Origin: Mobula hypostoma
Lineage: Eukaryota
Assembly: GCF_963921235.1 (NCBI RefSeq)
Contig: NC_086097.1
Coordinates: 130,326,001-130,390,000 of the forward strand
DNA length: 64,000 nucleotides
Direction of reading: 5' to 3'
Numbering within the stretch: position 1 is the first letter of the stretch; each line of letters begins with the position of its first letter. Under the pieces are notes generated by a model. It did not search any database. It saw only the letters and a program-made list of their open reading frames with translations, and was not told the origin of the DNA. The position numbers were made by a program, and so were the translations under genes. Shown piece by piece: positions 1 through 13,833 of the stretch.

Positions 1-749
1 AAATTATAAATCTTTCTACTTAGAGTCTGTTGCAGCAGCAGTAGTAAACTTGTCCATAAAATTCACTGGTAAAGGCCTTGGTCACATGCATGTTATCAGT
101 GGTCAGCTGCAATGCATTTTCACAATTCAATCTTACCAGAAAATTTTTAACAAATTTTGAAAAAGAAACAATATTGTAATAATTCACAATGTTGTTGCTT
201 CAGTTATGCAAATATAAGTTTTGGAATTCATCAAATCTTCAGATGGTAGTTACAGCGAAAGTAGCAGAGATTTACCAGAGTTTCTAGGAGTCAGGATAAG
301 CACTATTTGATTAATGAATGCTTACGCACTTCATGCAGTCTCTGGGCTTGGAAAAGATTTCTTTCATGGGTCATTGGCTGGACTGATACATGGAGAATGC
401 CAACATGAGTGAGCTGATGGATGGTCCAGTAATTATCTAATGTGTTCAGGATATACAGAAGAGATAAATATATAGAGGGTAGAAGAGCAGGACAAATGCA
501 TTTATAATTTGAAAAAACTGGCCTGCTGAGTTCCTCAGCACCTCATGTGTGTATTGTCTCCACATTCATTGCAGAAGACTAACTAAATCATTAATTTTCA
601 AATTTGATTTTAAAACTAACCAGTAGACATTTTATTGTGGTATTTAATTGATATGAGTGACATTGGGTGTGTACCCTGGAATTTTGCATAAATAATCACC
701 CAAGTTGTATACACCATAAAAATAAAAACTTGCATTACATTTTGGAATA

Positions 750-1440
750 CCCATTGTCTTAGCTAAAATCACAAGGCAGGCACAACAGCGGCTCAACTTT
801 CTTAGAAGCTTGCCTATGTTCGGCATGTTCACCTAAAACTTTGACAAACTTCTATCAGTGGGCAGTGGAAAGTATCTGAACTGGTTGCATCATGGCTCGG
901 CGTGGAAACATCAGTGCCCAGGAATGGAAAAGTCAACAGTAAGTGGTGGATACAGCCCAGTCCATCACAGGAAATGCCCTTCCCACCACTGAGCACATTT
1001 GTAATCAGTGCTATCATTAGAAAGCAGCATTCATCATCAGGGAGCCCACCATCCAGGTCATGCTCTCTGCTTGCTACCACCATCGGGTAGGAGGTACAGG
1101 AGCCTTTTAGGTCCCACACTGCCAGGTTATTACCCTACAACCTTCAGGCTCCTGAACCAGTGTGGATTACTTCACTCACCTCAAGTCTGAACTGATTCCA
1201 CAACCAACAGACTCACTTTCAAGCACTCCACAGCTCATGAGTCTACAACTCATGTTCTTTGTATTGTTTATTTTCTATTTGCACATTGGTTGTTTGTTAG
1301 TTTAGGTTTATGTAGTTTTCCATAAATTCTATTGTATTTCTTTGTTTTCCTGTGTATGCCTGCAGAAAATGAATCTCAAGGTAGCATATGTAACATATAC
1401 TGACTTTGACAGTAAACTTACTTTGACCTTGTCTTTGACT
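750..1440 (+). mobile_element. Rex1/Babar-type LINE 3' fragment, decayed
   Basis: Remnant of ITRQAQQRLNFLRSL...CIMAR, followed by the family 3' UTR and an (actttg)n-like tail shared with many copies in the window. Confidence 0.7.
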
Positions 1441-3519
1441 GAAAGCCTGAACAGAGTAACTATGGGTGTGGAGGTTAACGAGTTCTCCTCTCTCCAGTTG
1501 TCATGCAACCACTGTTGGGTTTGGAATAGTTTCTAACCAACGACTTCTGGAATCCATTAATTTTTGCACAATTCACTATAGATTCCAGAGTTGAGGATTA
1601 GAATGGAAACTTGGAAAGTGCAGAGCTAAATTAATCTCACAGTCACCATCCATTCCCTAAGGGAGTTGGCTGGGTGGGGTGTGCAGGGTGGAATGAGAGA
1701 GGTGGTAGCAAATATCTTCTACATGTGCTCCCTTATGAAACAATTCAAAGTGAAAGTAAATCTGAGATGTTGAAAAGGTTGTCTTTGCATTGCAGCCTCA
1801 ATCTGAAGCGATGGAATGGAAGTATTTGAAGGTCTAAATTTGAGACGAACTACAAACCTTTATATTTTTGAGAAGGACTCCATGAAGGCTGTAGGAGCTG
1901 GAACCACCGAAACCTTATCTAGACTGGGTAAATTATGAGCCCCCAGATGAAAAGAGCAAGAAGAAAAACTCTGAAGTTCTCTATTGTTGACCCATAGCTT
2001 TAGTTCACCCAAGTGTGGTATGGTGCAAAACTCCATTTGACCTGTGCACAATATGGTTTACCCATGCTCCTAATTGTTCTTGTCAGCATAGACACCAGCA
2101 GGAGCTTCATTGAAAACTACATTTTAATAAACTGATAGCATCAAATTCCTTTTGATGTGTTGTTATTTTGTGGAAGTGCTATCTAATTACAGTTCAACTA
2201 CTCAGGACAGAAGACAGCAGCAGAAACATAGAGGGAAGTAAGTTGAAGCCAACATTCAGATTTAGTAAAGCAAGTGGTAATTAAGATGAAGCTGATGATC
2301 TTCATTAAAAGTCTTGGGACATTGATATATTGGTCAATGCTGAAATGTACAACTCTAGTAGCTTAGTCCAAGGATTTCCGAAGCAAGTTCCTGTAGAAGA
2401 ACTTTAGTTTTCTGGCTGAGGGGAATCTCAAACCAGAGCCAAAGGAAAAGTGTTTAGACCAAATATTGAAAAGGAGCAAATTGAGTTTCATGTCAAATGG
2501 GCACACGTACCAGAACAGCTGCAAGGTAGACACCAGTCAAGTAATAGAAAATGGTTTATCCCAAGAAAATATGGTGAAGCAGTAGGAATAGGTGGTGCTT
2601 AACCAAGCATGTGATACCATCTGCCAGGACAAAGTCTGGCATTGTGCTTCTCTCTTAAGCCTGAAGATTCAATAAATGCTTTTATGCATTTCACTCTTGA
2701 TTGCCACCGCTGTATTTGCTTCTATCGTTCTTTTCTAAATTAGGACAACTGCCAGTGTAATTTTTTTTTCCATATGGTCTAGTACTTCTGCAGTCAGTTT
2801 GTTCACTAACTACTGCCTCAGAAAAAAGATTTATTCTGTCAAGACAGTTACAGATTTCAAACATCCTCCTCAAATCTCCTCAACTTCCTCTTCATCTGCT
2901 ACCAATTCTCCAGTCCTTATGAATAACTGAAGTCCTTCATCTTGAAATGATTCTAGGAAATCTCTTCGGCACTCTCCAATATTTTGCCATTCTTCCTAAC
3001 ATGTGCAACCCAGAGTGGACCACTATTACAACTGAAACTTAACTAGTATTTAAACAGGTTTTGAAGAACGTCCTTGCTCTTGTACTATGCCTCAATTTAT
3101 AAAGCCAAGAATCCCCCATTTTAAGCATTCTACACAGTTGTCTTGCAACTTTTAAAAATGTATCGGTGCACACTATTTCTCTTTTCTAAATACTCTTTAT
3201 ACCTTTTACTGAAATATGTCACTTCTCATGTGCCTGTGATCAACTCCATCCTCATGTCAAAACTTTCAGATTTAATCATAGCAATTATCCTGAAGACAAA
3301 ATTTTGTTATAAACAGGCTTAAACTTCAAAATTATGTTGCAGAATAAATGAAAACAATATTGCTGTAAGAGAGTTTGGTGCAATATCAGAAAGTGTTTAA
3401 TGGAATCAACAAACTACTAAACAACTGAAGTCCTGACTCAAACCACAACACTAAGGATGAAATGACCGGTAGCTATTGAAGCAAGTGGTGGACTACTTTC
3501 CAATGAGCAATCAGATTTG

Positions 3520-3555
3520 CAGTCCTGATGCAGGGTTTCAACCGGAAATGTCGAC
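3520..3555 (+). ncRNA. Degenerate PLE-type minimal hammerhead motif
   Basis: cagtc-ctgatgc-agggtttcaaccg-gaaa-tgtc-gac, followed by PLE terminal-repeat sequence; A9 is mutated. Confidence 0.5.
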
Positions 3556-4026
3556 AATTCCTTTCCTCCCACAGATGTTGCGTGATTCCTTGAATTCCTC
3601 CAGCAAATTGATTGCTGCTCAAGATGCCAGCATCTACAGTCTCTTGTGTGTCCAGGTTTGCAGTCAATTGATTTGATAGGATACTGTTGATTCTATTCAA
3701 GTTTTCATTTGACACCAAAAGCAATATACTATGGATGCTTAAAGTCAGAAATAAAAAACACCCTAGAAACGCTCTGGCCATCTCCATGTACCTGCTCACC
3801 TCATCACTTTGTCTTTCATTCTTATGATAATAAATGCTAATGGACAGTGGAAAGGATGGGGAGAGGTAAATTTTAAATCAATGATCTTTCAACTGCTTTA
3901 AGTCTGTTTAAATACAGGCACTAATACATTTCCACATTTTATATTGTAAACACTCCACATGATGACGAAGGCTCAAGTACAACAAAATGCAAATTAGAAT
4001 GAAGACAAGAAATTCAGAGCTTACTC

Positions 4027-4107
4027 CAGGGGTTCTCAACCATTTTTGCGCCATGGATGAATACTATTAAGCAAGAGGCCCGTGGATCCCAGGCTGGGAA
4101 ATCTGTG
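4027..4107. mobile_element. 81-bp hAT-type MITE
   Basis: Starts caggggttctcaacc, with a degenerate inverted end. Flanking 8-mers gcttactc (4019-4026) and gcttacac (4108-4115). Confidence 0.6.
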
Positions 4108-4567
4108 GCTTACACAGTGAATTGGAGCACCTCTGCTCCATCTGCCACAAGCAGAGCTTCCCGGTGGTCCAGCATTTTAACTCTCATTCCCATTCCCTTT
4201 CCGACATGTCAGTCCATGATCTCCTCTTGTGCCACAATGAGGTCACTCTCAGGGTGGAGGAGCAACACCTAATATTCTGTCTGGGCTAGCCTCCAATCAA
4301 ATGGCACGAATATCGATTTCTCCTTCAGGTAAAAAAAAATTTCCCTCCCTCTCCCCTCTTCTTCTATTTGCCACTCTCACTTACCTGTTCTCACCTGCCC
4401 ATCACCACCTCCTTCCCTTTCTTCTATGGTCAACTCTCCTCTCCCATCAGGTTCTTCCCTCTCCAGTTCTTTATCTTTCCCACCCATCTGGCTTCACCTA
4501 TCACCTCTAGCGATCCTTCTTCCCCTCCCCACATTTTTATTCTTGGCATCTTCCCCCTTCCTTTCCA

Positions 4568-5200
4568 TGTCATGGTCCCATCTGGCAATTTCCCATCTTG
4601 CTTTTACCTCCTTAATTGGGCCTTAATCCCTCGTCTAATTTCCAATCATTCCCAATTCCACTAATTACAGCACACCTGGTTCCCATTCGCGAACACAGCA
4701 TAAAACTCGGGCGGCACAGCCATGCTTCGCCAGTTCGTTGGTTGACTCTAATGTGAGTAAACCTCGTTTCCTGATTCCTTGGGACTGTCAGTTCTGAGCT
4801 CCACATCATTTTCTGGATACTCTACGTCAGAGGTCCCCAACTTTTTGCTCACTGCGGACTGGTTTAATATTGACGATATTCTTGCGGACCGGCTGGCGGG
4901 AGTGGGGGGATATTCAAGTTCAACAGTGCGTGACGGGGAATGAGGAAAGGTGCAGCTGACTCATATCGTTTCATATCGCCAAATCATATCATTTCCACGC
5001 AGCCCGGTAGCACATGCTCGCGGCCCGGTACTGGTCCATGGCCCAATGGTTGGGGACCACTGCTCTACGTAAACCTTGTCTCCATGTAAAGACTCTCCTG
5101 GATACCGGCTCCCCGTTTGCGGCAGTGCTAATGCCTCACGATTCTACCTCCGTGCCTGTATCCTACACTTGGGTTCGTCCTCAGCCTCGTCCTTGCAACA
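4568..5200. mobile_element. Solo LTR (Gypsy- or BEL-like)
   Basis: Begins tgtca and ends tgcaaca (TG...CA); perfect 5-bp TSD ttcca at 4563-4567 and 5201-5205. Confidence 0.75.
4828..5062. mobile_element. hAT (Charlie-like) MITE nested in the solo LTR
   Basis: TIRs cagaggtccccaac / gttggggaccactg; perfect 8-bp TSD ctctacgt at 4820-4827 and 5063-5070. Confidence 0.9.
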
Positions 5201-5649
5201 TTCCAGGCCTGAAGAAAAGTCTCAGTCTGAAAAGTCAACTCTTTGTGTGTGTTACAGTGAATTGATTGTTCACGTGAAGCACCCTTCCTAATCCATAAGC
5301 AGAAGCTCCCAAGTATCTTAAAAAGTATGTTTGCAAAGTTAACTGTTTATATAATACATTTCATATCTCTTACAGAATGTTGCAAGCACCTTATAACCAA
5401 TGAAGCACTCTTGATGTCTGGTCAGTAATGAAGGAGACAGAACAGTCGGTTTTCTCACAGCAAATTCCTGTCAACAGCTAAGCTGTTCGTGTCCAGAGAA
5501 TTCGATGTTTAGAAAAGTTAGATAAGGGATAAATATCAAACAGGGAGAATGTTCCCACTCTTCTTCAACACAAGAGTTTAGGATTGGTCTGCACTGCAGT
5601 TTTACCACAGTAATGCATCACATCATTGGTGATTAGATAGGAGTCTGGG

Positions 5650-6165
5650 AGGGAAGAAGCCATGCCAGTGGCTCTACTTTGGAGTTTTAGGAGATTTGGT
5701 ATTTCATCAAAGACTCTAGCAAACCTCTGCAGATGTATGGTGGAGTCATTCTGACTGGTTGCGTCACAGCCTACTTTGGAGCCTCCAATGCACAGCATCA
5801 CAAGAAACAGTAGAAGGTTCTAGATTCAGCCAGTTTCATCATAGGCAACCTGCTATCAAGGAGATCTTCAAAAAGTGGTTCTTCAAGAAGGCCACATCCA
5901 GCATTAAAGACCCTCACCATCCTTGCTATACATGCCATCTTATACCTTCCTACCACTGGGGATGAGGCACAGGGGCCTGAAGAGTTCACACAGCTTCTTC
6001 CCCTCCATTATCAGACTTCTAAACGGTCCATGAACACTTCCTCCTTTTTTGTCTTTGCACCATTTATTTTTGTGTCTTATAGTCATTTTTATGTTTTGCA
6101 TTATACTGCTGCCACAAAACAATACATTGCACAATGTATATCAATGACAAAAAACCTGGTTTTGT
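5650..6165 (+). mobile_element. Rex1/Babar-type LINE 3' fragment
   Basis: Remnants ...ESFLTGCVTAYFG and KKATSSIKDPHHP (ORF 5759..5965), plus family tail. Confidence 0.65.
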
Positions 6166-8029
6166 TTCTGACAACTAGGGAAGTATTTTTTCATGATATA
6201 TTCAGTGTAATATTCCTGCATGCACACACAGAGCACCCCATGGAGGAAAGCTTTCTCTGACTCCATTTGATAAGGGTCAGAGACTCCACTGCAGCTGGAT
6301 CCACAGGAGACTGTTGGTTGAACCATGAGAAGTTGCTTGGTAATTTCTAATGAGCTCTGAGAGCCACTTGCTGCACAGCAGGCATGTTCAAGCACGGTGC
6401 AGGTGAGATAAACCCAGATGGCCCGCAAATACTTATGGGGAACTTCACACTGTTTGATTGAAATCATACTGAGAGTTTCAGAATTCTATCTTGTGGCAGT
6501 CCCATGACCCGCCGGGCTCCCAGTTTTATGGACTGAATTGTATTGGATGCTGACATCACTGGCAATGTTTATATTTATAGTTCATCCCTACTTACCCCAA
6601 AATGGAGGAGGCTGTTAAAAATCACACAAGGTTGATGGGTCTGAAGTCACACAGCCAGATTAGTGAAGGATGGCAAATTTCCTTCCTTGATGGACGTTGA
6701 TGAACAAGATAAGATTTTATAACAGTATTACACTACACACTTTTCTTTTTGAATACGAGATTTAATTGCTACTAGAGCCACAGCCTCAGAGCACCTTCTA
6801 GGTGCTAACTTTAGAGACACATTACTTTGCAAGTACAATTATATTTCTTCTCAAAGTCAAAGTAAATTTCTTATCAAAGCATATACAGTATATGTCACCA
6901 TATACTACCTTGACATTCATTCTCTTGCAGACATTTACAGGAAACAATACTATGGAATATATGAAAAAACTATATAAAAACAGACAAACAACCAATTTGC
7001 AAAAAAACACAAATCATGCAAATAATAAAAAAATGTAAACAAATAATACTGAGAAGTGAATTGTAGGAGCCTGATGGTTGTAGGGTAATAACCGTTCCTG
7101 AAACTGGGTGTGTTTCCTTCTACTCACAATACCATCTGGTTCTGCATCATTGGTAAACTTGGAAATATAACACCTGGTTCTCTCTATCAAGTTGTTGATA
7201 TGGAGAGTGGGCAGTGAGGTCCCAAACAGTGATGCCCGTGGTTCCAACCTGAGAAAGATTCATATGCCCACTTTGCTTTCTGCCCAATCATCAATTCCCA
7301 ATCCACATCAGGATATTACCTCCAGCTCCCAAATTTGCTGACTACAGGGAACTTATCAACAGCCTGAAAATCCAGATATTTCCAATATTATCAAAGATCC
7401 AATCCCCCTCCAATCGGGCAGAAGTTACAAACAGCTCCAGTCCTAAGTGTGTACTGCCAGTCTCAAGATCAGCTTCTTATCCCACTATGATAAGGTTATT
7501 TAATGGTTCCTTGGATTGACAAGGATAGACTCTTGACGTCACAACCTACTTCATTATGGCCTTATTGTTTGCACTTTCTTTGTGACTATAACACTATATT
7601 CTGCATTCTGTTATTGTTTACCCCTTGTTTTAGCTTAATGTACTGATGTGATGAAATGCTTTGTATGGAAGGCATGCAAAACACTATACCACAGTTCATG
7701 TCCAATTTAAAAAAATACCAAGTTACTATTGATTCCCCCTTTGTTCATTCGACTACTGATGTACGCAAAGAACTCCAGCAGGTGAAACACAGTTTCCCTT
7801 TCATACATCCATGTTCACTCTGCTCAGACCTACTACTCTTCTCCATATGTTCAATTTTTTATCCTTCATTGCAGATTCAAACATTTTGTCAACCACTGGC
7901 ATTAAGCTAACAGGTTTGTAGTTCCCTGACAAGGTAGAACTTCATGCAGTTAGAGATGAAGGATCACTTAATGAATAAAAAGTATTCTCATTACGGTACT
8001 TATCTCATCTATTATTAACAGAGTTAATC

Positions 8030-8810
8030 AAATCCTTTTCTCTCTGTCTTTACACATTGCACTATTTTCAGCTTTGTTTTCCCTTGATCTACCTCAATGC
8101 ACTGAAATGTTGAAATGATGTGTATGGACAGGATGCAAAACTGTATTTCTAGTTCCTCAGGAGGCTAAAAAAGTTTGCCATGTCCACTTTGCCCTTGCCA
8201 ATTTTTATCAATACACCATATAAAGCCTCCTCTATGAATGCATAATAGTTTGTTTTGGCAATGGCTTTGCCTGAGACAGCAACACAACTCAGCACATCAC
8301 GGAAACCAACTTCCCTTCCATCATTCTATCAACATTTCTTGCTACATCAGTCAAAGACCCTCCCACACTGGAGATTTTCTCTTCTCCCCACTCCCACTGG
8401 GCAGAAGGTACAACAACTGAAAGCACGTACCAACAGGCACAAGAGCAGCTTCTATCTCACTGTTATCAGATTATTGAACGGTTCCATAGTACGATACAGA
8501 ACACAGAACAACATAGGCTTCTACAGCACATTACAGGCCCTTCGGCCCACAATGTTGTTCCAACCATGATATGCTGGAATCTTGACTTCACGATCTACCT
8601 CGTTATGATTCTTCACCCTATTGTCTTCTTGTCATGCACTTTCTCACTAAGAGCACAAAATAAAGTGTTACAGCTGTAGTTTTCCCTTGTACTACTTCAA
8701 TGCACTGTTGTAATGAATTGATCTGTATGAATGGTATGCAAGACATGTTTTTCACTGTTCCTCAGTGTGTCAACAGTAAACTCGTTTATCAGTGAGATAA
8801 TAATGAACCA
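8030..8810 (+). mobile_element. Rex1/Babar-type LINE 3' fragments with a tiny CR1 3'-end insertion (~8490-8565)
   Basis: Remnants FLRRLKKF and LKARTNRHKSSFYLTVIRLLN (ORF 8255..8569); cagcacattacaggcccttcggcccacaatgttg is an antisense CR1 terminus. Confidence 0.65.
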
Positions 8811-9090
8811 ATTTACTCTACCCAGATGAAGAATCTCTCATTTTGTCCATTTATCATTTGTACTGCAAGTACTTGATTATAATTGCCTCTTCACCTGCTT
8901 GCACAAAGAGCTCATCCTTACTCTAACTTCCTAATTTTTTCCTCAACTTCCCTACCAGGTTTTTGGCATAAACCATTTTCCCAGCCCTATCTGAAAATCA
9001 AAAAACAAGAATATCTGCAGACACTGGAAATCTGAAATAAAAGTAGACCCGTTTGAGTACATTGGTTTATTATCGTCATGTGTACCAAGT

Positions 9091-9603
9091 GCGCCTCAAG
9101 TGGCAACCTAGTCCAGCTCCTGGCCTTCACATGTGACTTAGCTACTAAGCCCGGCAAAACTGTTTCTACTGACAGGAGAATGGGCAAAGGCAGGTTACTG
9201 GTGACTTAAAACCAGTCGCTTCGGGCAGATGGGCTCGTCAGCCATAGTTGGCAGCTCATCTAGGAGGAGGAAAACTCTGATCTCAAACCTCCGCTGCCTT
9301 GCGACTATACCCACTCACGGGGAAGGCTTTGGGAGTAAATCCCAAGGGAAAAATCTGGAGATGGAATCCCTAAGGCAGTCTTACATTGAGTCCAATGCTG
9401 ACTGGCAACTCCTATGATGCTGCTGATACCAAACTGTGTCGGTCTCTGCCATTTCTTTGGGTTCTTCAGATGCGTGGAGAGGGGGGAGCTTGCTATTTGG
9501 GCAACAGCTTGCTCTCCATATCGTACTGCCCAGGCTTGTGTATCGAGACAGCTAGGATGCAATATCCATGATCAACTCTGACTGACAGAGGCCCCAGACT
9601 CAG
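9091..9603 (+). mobile_element. Non-autonomous RTE-related retroelement/SINE
   Basis: 7-bp TSD accaagt (9084-9090, 9604-9610), an RTE-5'UTR-like motif ggaaaactctgatctcaaacc and a short (cagact) tail. It splits an antisense Rex1-type tail. Confidence 0.6.
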
Positions 9604-10124
9604 ACCAAGTTGCGGTGAAAAACTTGTCTCACATAATATTTATGCAGATCAGTTCACTACAACAGCACATTGAGTTAGAAGAAGGTAATACAACAACAGA
9701 GTGCAGAACAAAATGTTACAGTTACAGGGGAAGTGCAGTTCAAGCAGACAATAAGGTTCAAGTCCACAATAAGGTAGACTCTGAGCGCAAGAGTCCTCCT
9801 TATCATACTAAGGGACCATATAATCATCTTTTAAAAGTGAATGGAAGCTGTCCTTGAGACTGTGATTTCAGCTTTTTTTTAAAAACTATCTGCCAGACTG
9901 GAGAGGTTGTTTTGCCTTGTGGGGTTAAATACAAATTCTGGAAACACTCAGCAAATCGAGCAGCATCTGAGGTGGGAGAAACAGATAACTCTCTTGCACA
10001 AGTTCTCTCTCAGTAACTGCCCCATTAGCCACTGAACAGATGACTTCATTTATAGCTTATCCTCAAGGTAACTCCTATCTCACAATACTACAAATATTCC
10101 CTTTCTTCTGTCCATCCGTCCTGA

Positions 10125-10860
10125 CACCCCAAAACCAGGGTTGAATGAAGAGCCAACAAAATGGCACCTGCTGTTGACCTGTTGCTCTGGTAGGCAGATC
10201 TGAGCAGATCCAAGTTGCTTCTCAGGCAGGAGTTAATTTGCTTCCTCACCAACCTCTCAAAGCACTTCATCACAGTGGATGTAAGTGCTACTGGATGATA
10301 GTTATTGAGGCAGGTCACCATGTTCTACTTGAAGCAAGTGGGTACCTCAGACAGCCCGAAGCGAGAGGAGGAAGATATTGAGGAACACCCCAGCCAGATG
10401 ATCAGCACAGGTCTTTGGTACTTGGCAAGGTACCTTGTATGGGCTTTCCATGGGTTCATCCTCCGGAAGGACGCTCTCACATCAGCATCATTGCCGGATG
10501 AAATCACAGGATCGTTGGGAATGGTGAGAGTTCATGAAACTGTCTCCATGTTTTGATGGTCAAAGCAAAGAGAAAAAGCATTGAACTCAGGCAACACACA
10601 CATAAAATGCTGGAGGAACTCTGCAGGCCAGGGAGCATCAATGGAAAAGAGTACGGTCTACTGAGTTCGTTCAGCATTTTGTGTGTGTTGCTTGGATTTC
10701 CAGAATCTGCAGATTTTCTCTTGGTAGGCGTTGAGCTCATCTGGGAGCAAAACTTTGTTGCCACTTGGTTTCTCTTTGAAGGAGGTGATAGCATTCAAGC
10801 CCCATTTATGTTAATAGCTACCTACCACAAGGTACTAATATTCTTGGTTTATAAGAAAAC
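10125..10860 (-). mobile_element. Rex1/Babar-type LINE internal fragment (RT N-terminus)
   Basis: ORF 10088..10321 CLNNYHPVALTSTVMKCFERLV...AYQSNRST; ORF 10325..10507 DVRASFRRMNPWKA. Confidence 0.8.
10591..10727. mobile_element. Short fold-back PLE terminal-repeat insertion
   Basis: Inverted arms 10591-10621 and 10663-10691; flanks gcattgaactca / gcgttgagctca. Confidence 0.65.
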
Positions 10861-10869
10861 CACCTAACA

Positions 10870-11422
10870 CCCTGTTGAAAATATCCTGACTGGTTATACC
10901 ATGGTCTGGCACAGCAATTCGGATGTGCAGAAATGTAAGAAGTTGTAGAGCGCAGTGGACTCAGTACATTTTATCTCTGGAACATTCCTCTCCACATGAA
11001 AAATATGTACATGAAGTGCTCCCTCAAGAAAGCAACGTCTACCATCAAAGATCTCCACTATCCAGGCCCTACCATTTTCTTGCCGCTACCATTAGGGAGG
11101 AGGTATAGTAGCCTGATGTCCAACACTACCAGATTCAAGAGCAGCTACTTCTCTTGAAGCATTTGATTCTTGAAACAACCTGCACAACCCTAATTGCTAC
11201 TTCAATATAGCAAGATGATGACCACCTAGAAAATATTGCACTGCAATAATTTTTTTTCATTCTGTTTCTCTTCTTTTGCGTATAATTTTATTTATGTTTT
11301 TCTTGTGAGTGTTGTCTCTGATGCTATGTGCCTGTGACATTGCTGTAAGTTTTTCATTGCAACATGTACTTGTACAAGTACAAGTAGAAGTACTTGTGCA
11401 TATGACAATAACCTTGACCTTG
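10870..11422 (+). mobile_element. Rex1/Babar-type LINE 3' fragment
   Basis: Remnant ENILTGYTMVWHSNS, family UTR and (accttg)n tail. Confidence 0.65.
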
Positions 11423-13833
11423 AAGCATTTTGCCACTATTTCTTAGTTAATATAAATATCAGGAAAAAAGTTACTAATAAACAAATCATTGTCATTTGTG
11501 TTTGGTGTAAGTATGTTCATCCAAACAGGGGCTCAAGTCAGAGGTGGAAATAATTCCTAAAATTGGAAAGAAGGGATGACTTTGTCTTAATTTAACTCAG
11601 AGGGATTTAGGTGGGAAGGGGTGGGTAGGTGAGAACAAAACAACGAGGACAGTGTGTTTTTGGATTGCCTTGCAGGTGGGTTGGCACCGCAATCAGATGC
11701 GATACCCAATATCTCACAACAGAAGTAGCTTGACCTTTATGAGAAAGTTAATGTTAATATTTTGATAAATAGGGAAACTTTTCAGCTTTATTTCCTACTA
11801 CTGAGAATTTTCAGAATGTTGTTTTCAAATGGTGATTGCAGTAGGTGAGGAACAAGCAAAGGAAGCTGTTTGTTAGGTTTGGGAAAAGTCCAAAGATTAG
11901 CTTTCAAAAGTTGAAAGACGGCATGCCATATTCTACAAATATATCCTTAGCTGTAATGCGACTATGCTGATCTACTTAGAAATAAAAATAAGTATTTAAT
12001 CTTCCTTTTTATGAGTTATTTATTTCTGTTTGCTTGGAACTCTATTTAACTCAACTAAATAATTCAATTAAGAGGCACTCAAACAATATTTTCCCAAACC
12101 TCTATGATGTGAGCTAGCTATTATAAAGTAAGAGAGATTAATAAAGAGTGATTTAGCCTGGGTTTTTCCTTCTTCTAGGAAAGGCTTGGGCACTGGTCTT
12201 CTTTCCGATTTGCAGTACACCAACTGAAGATATTGGAAGTTTCTAGTAGGAAATGTTCATTTGAAAAGGTGACTGAGCATTGGCATCTCTGCGGCAGCCA
12301 ATGAATAAGAGGTCACTGGTTGACAACAGCATCTACTTATAAGGGGCCTCCTGAAACTACAAGAAACAGAACTCATGACAAAACCTATATCAAATACTTC
12401 CAACTAAAGCAGGATTATTTCTCCAATAAGAGATAGAAGAAGGAGGAGGTCATTCGGCCTCTCAAGGCTATTCTACCATTCAATGCTAAAAAGCGAAGAG
12501 CTATCAGAATCAGGTTTGATATCGTCGGCAAATGTCGTGAATTTGTTAACTTTAGAGCAGCGGTAGAATGGAATGTATAATAAATATAGATGGAAAAAAC
12601 TGAATTATAGCCAATATATATTTATATATGCCTTTTAAATAGTTAAGTTAAAATAGGTAATGAAAAAAAACAGAATTTAAAAAAAGTAGTGAGGTAGTGT
12701 TCACGGGTTCAATGTTCACTTAGGAATTGGATGGCAGAGATGAAGAAACTGTTCCTGAATCGCTGAGTGTGTACCTTCAGGCTTCTGCACTTCCTTCCTG
12801 ATGAGAAGAGGGCATGTCCTGGGTGGTGGGGGTCCTCAATGATAGAATTCAAATATAGAGCGATAGACTACAACAGTTTGTGAATTTAGAGTTAATCAAA
12901 TCAAATCTGAAAGTAGGTACTATTAGTAAAGGTAATTATTAATTATGATAATGGTGAATCTGATTGATTTTCATAAAAACTTACCTGGTTCACTAATATC
13001 CACTGGTCTAGCATATTGTAACTCCAGACATCATCTTAAGTTGGTGACTTCTCCTTTGCCCTATGTAATGCTGCGGCAATGCCAGAGGGCACTTAATTCA
13101 AAGAAGAGTGTCCTTTCACAGCATCATTGGGTCTGGAAGCACACTCAGGGTAAAGACATTAAGAGAATCAGTGCATGGAATCCATGTTAAGCATTTAACA
13201 CCCCCAGCAGAGCAAGAGGAGAGGGAAGGAAAGTGAAATGTAAAGAACACTTAGAGTAAGATCAGTCTACTAGATGCATACAGTTTGAAAGTCTTGTTTC
13301 ATCATTGGCACAGCTAAACCCAATACAACTACACACATGTATGTTTGTCTCCATTGGCTCAGATTGATGTTTTTAGGGAAACTACAAGCAGATGTCCATG
13401 TAACTGTGTAACTGACAGTAGCTTTGAGACTTTCATGGATTCATTCCCGGATATGAAAATCCTAAATTGTTGTCAGTGAGTTCTCCACTGAGAATATTGT
13501 TTGGAATTGCAAACAATTGTAGATCCTGAAAATCTGAAATTAAAAACAAAAAGAGCTGGGTTACTAAGCAGTACTAAGCAGGTCAGCCAGCACCTATGGA
13601 AAGAAAAACAAGAGTTAGCATTTTCAGGTTGAAACCCCTTGACGTTGATTGGAGTCTTCTCCATGTGATCCAGAAAAATCAGTTGAATCAATGTGAATTT
13701 ATAATTTGAAGACTGTGTTTAGTGTAAAATACCTTAGAAATGGCATGTTTTCCTTTGCATGTTGTCTAAGGGAGCTTCAAGTTGTCTAAACCACAGATAT
13801 TGATTCAGAACATCATTGGTCCTATAGTATGTA

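Larger units (their letters stand above)
4124..5250 (+). mobile_element. Penelope-like element 3' fragment (end of GIY-YIG domain plus terminal repeat), interrupted by a solo LTR
   Basis: Remnant EHLCSICHK...PVVQHFNSHSH...LRVEEQHLIFCLG, a pyrimidine-rich UTR, and a decayed hammerhead motif at 5204-5240. Confidence 0.75.

Noticed and set aside
9210..9245. Minus-strand CTGACGA...CCCGAAG in the RTE-related element as a hammerhead
   Set aside because: No stem II pairing, and GAAG replaces GAAA.
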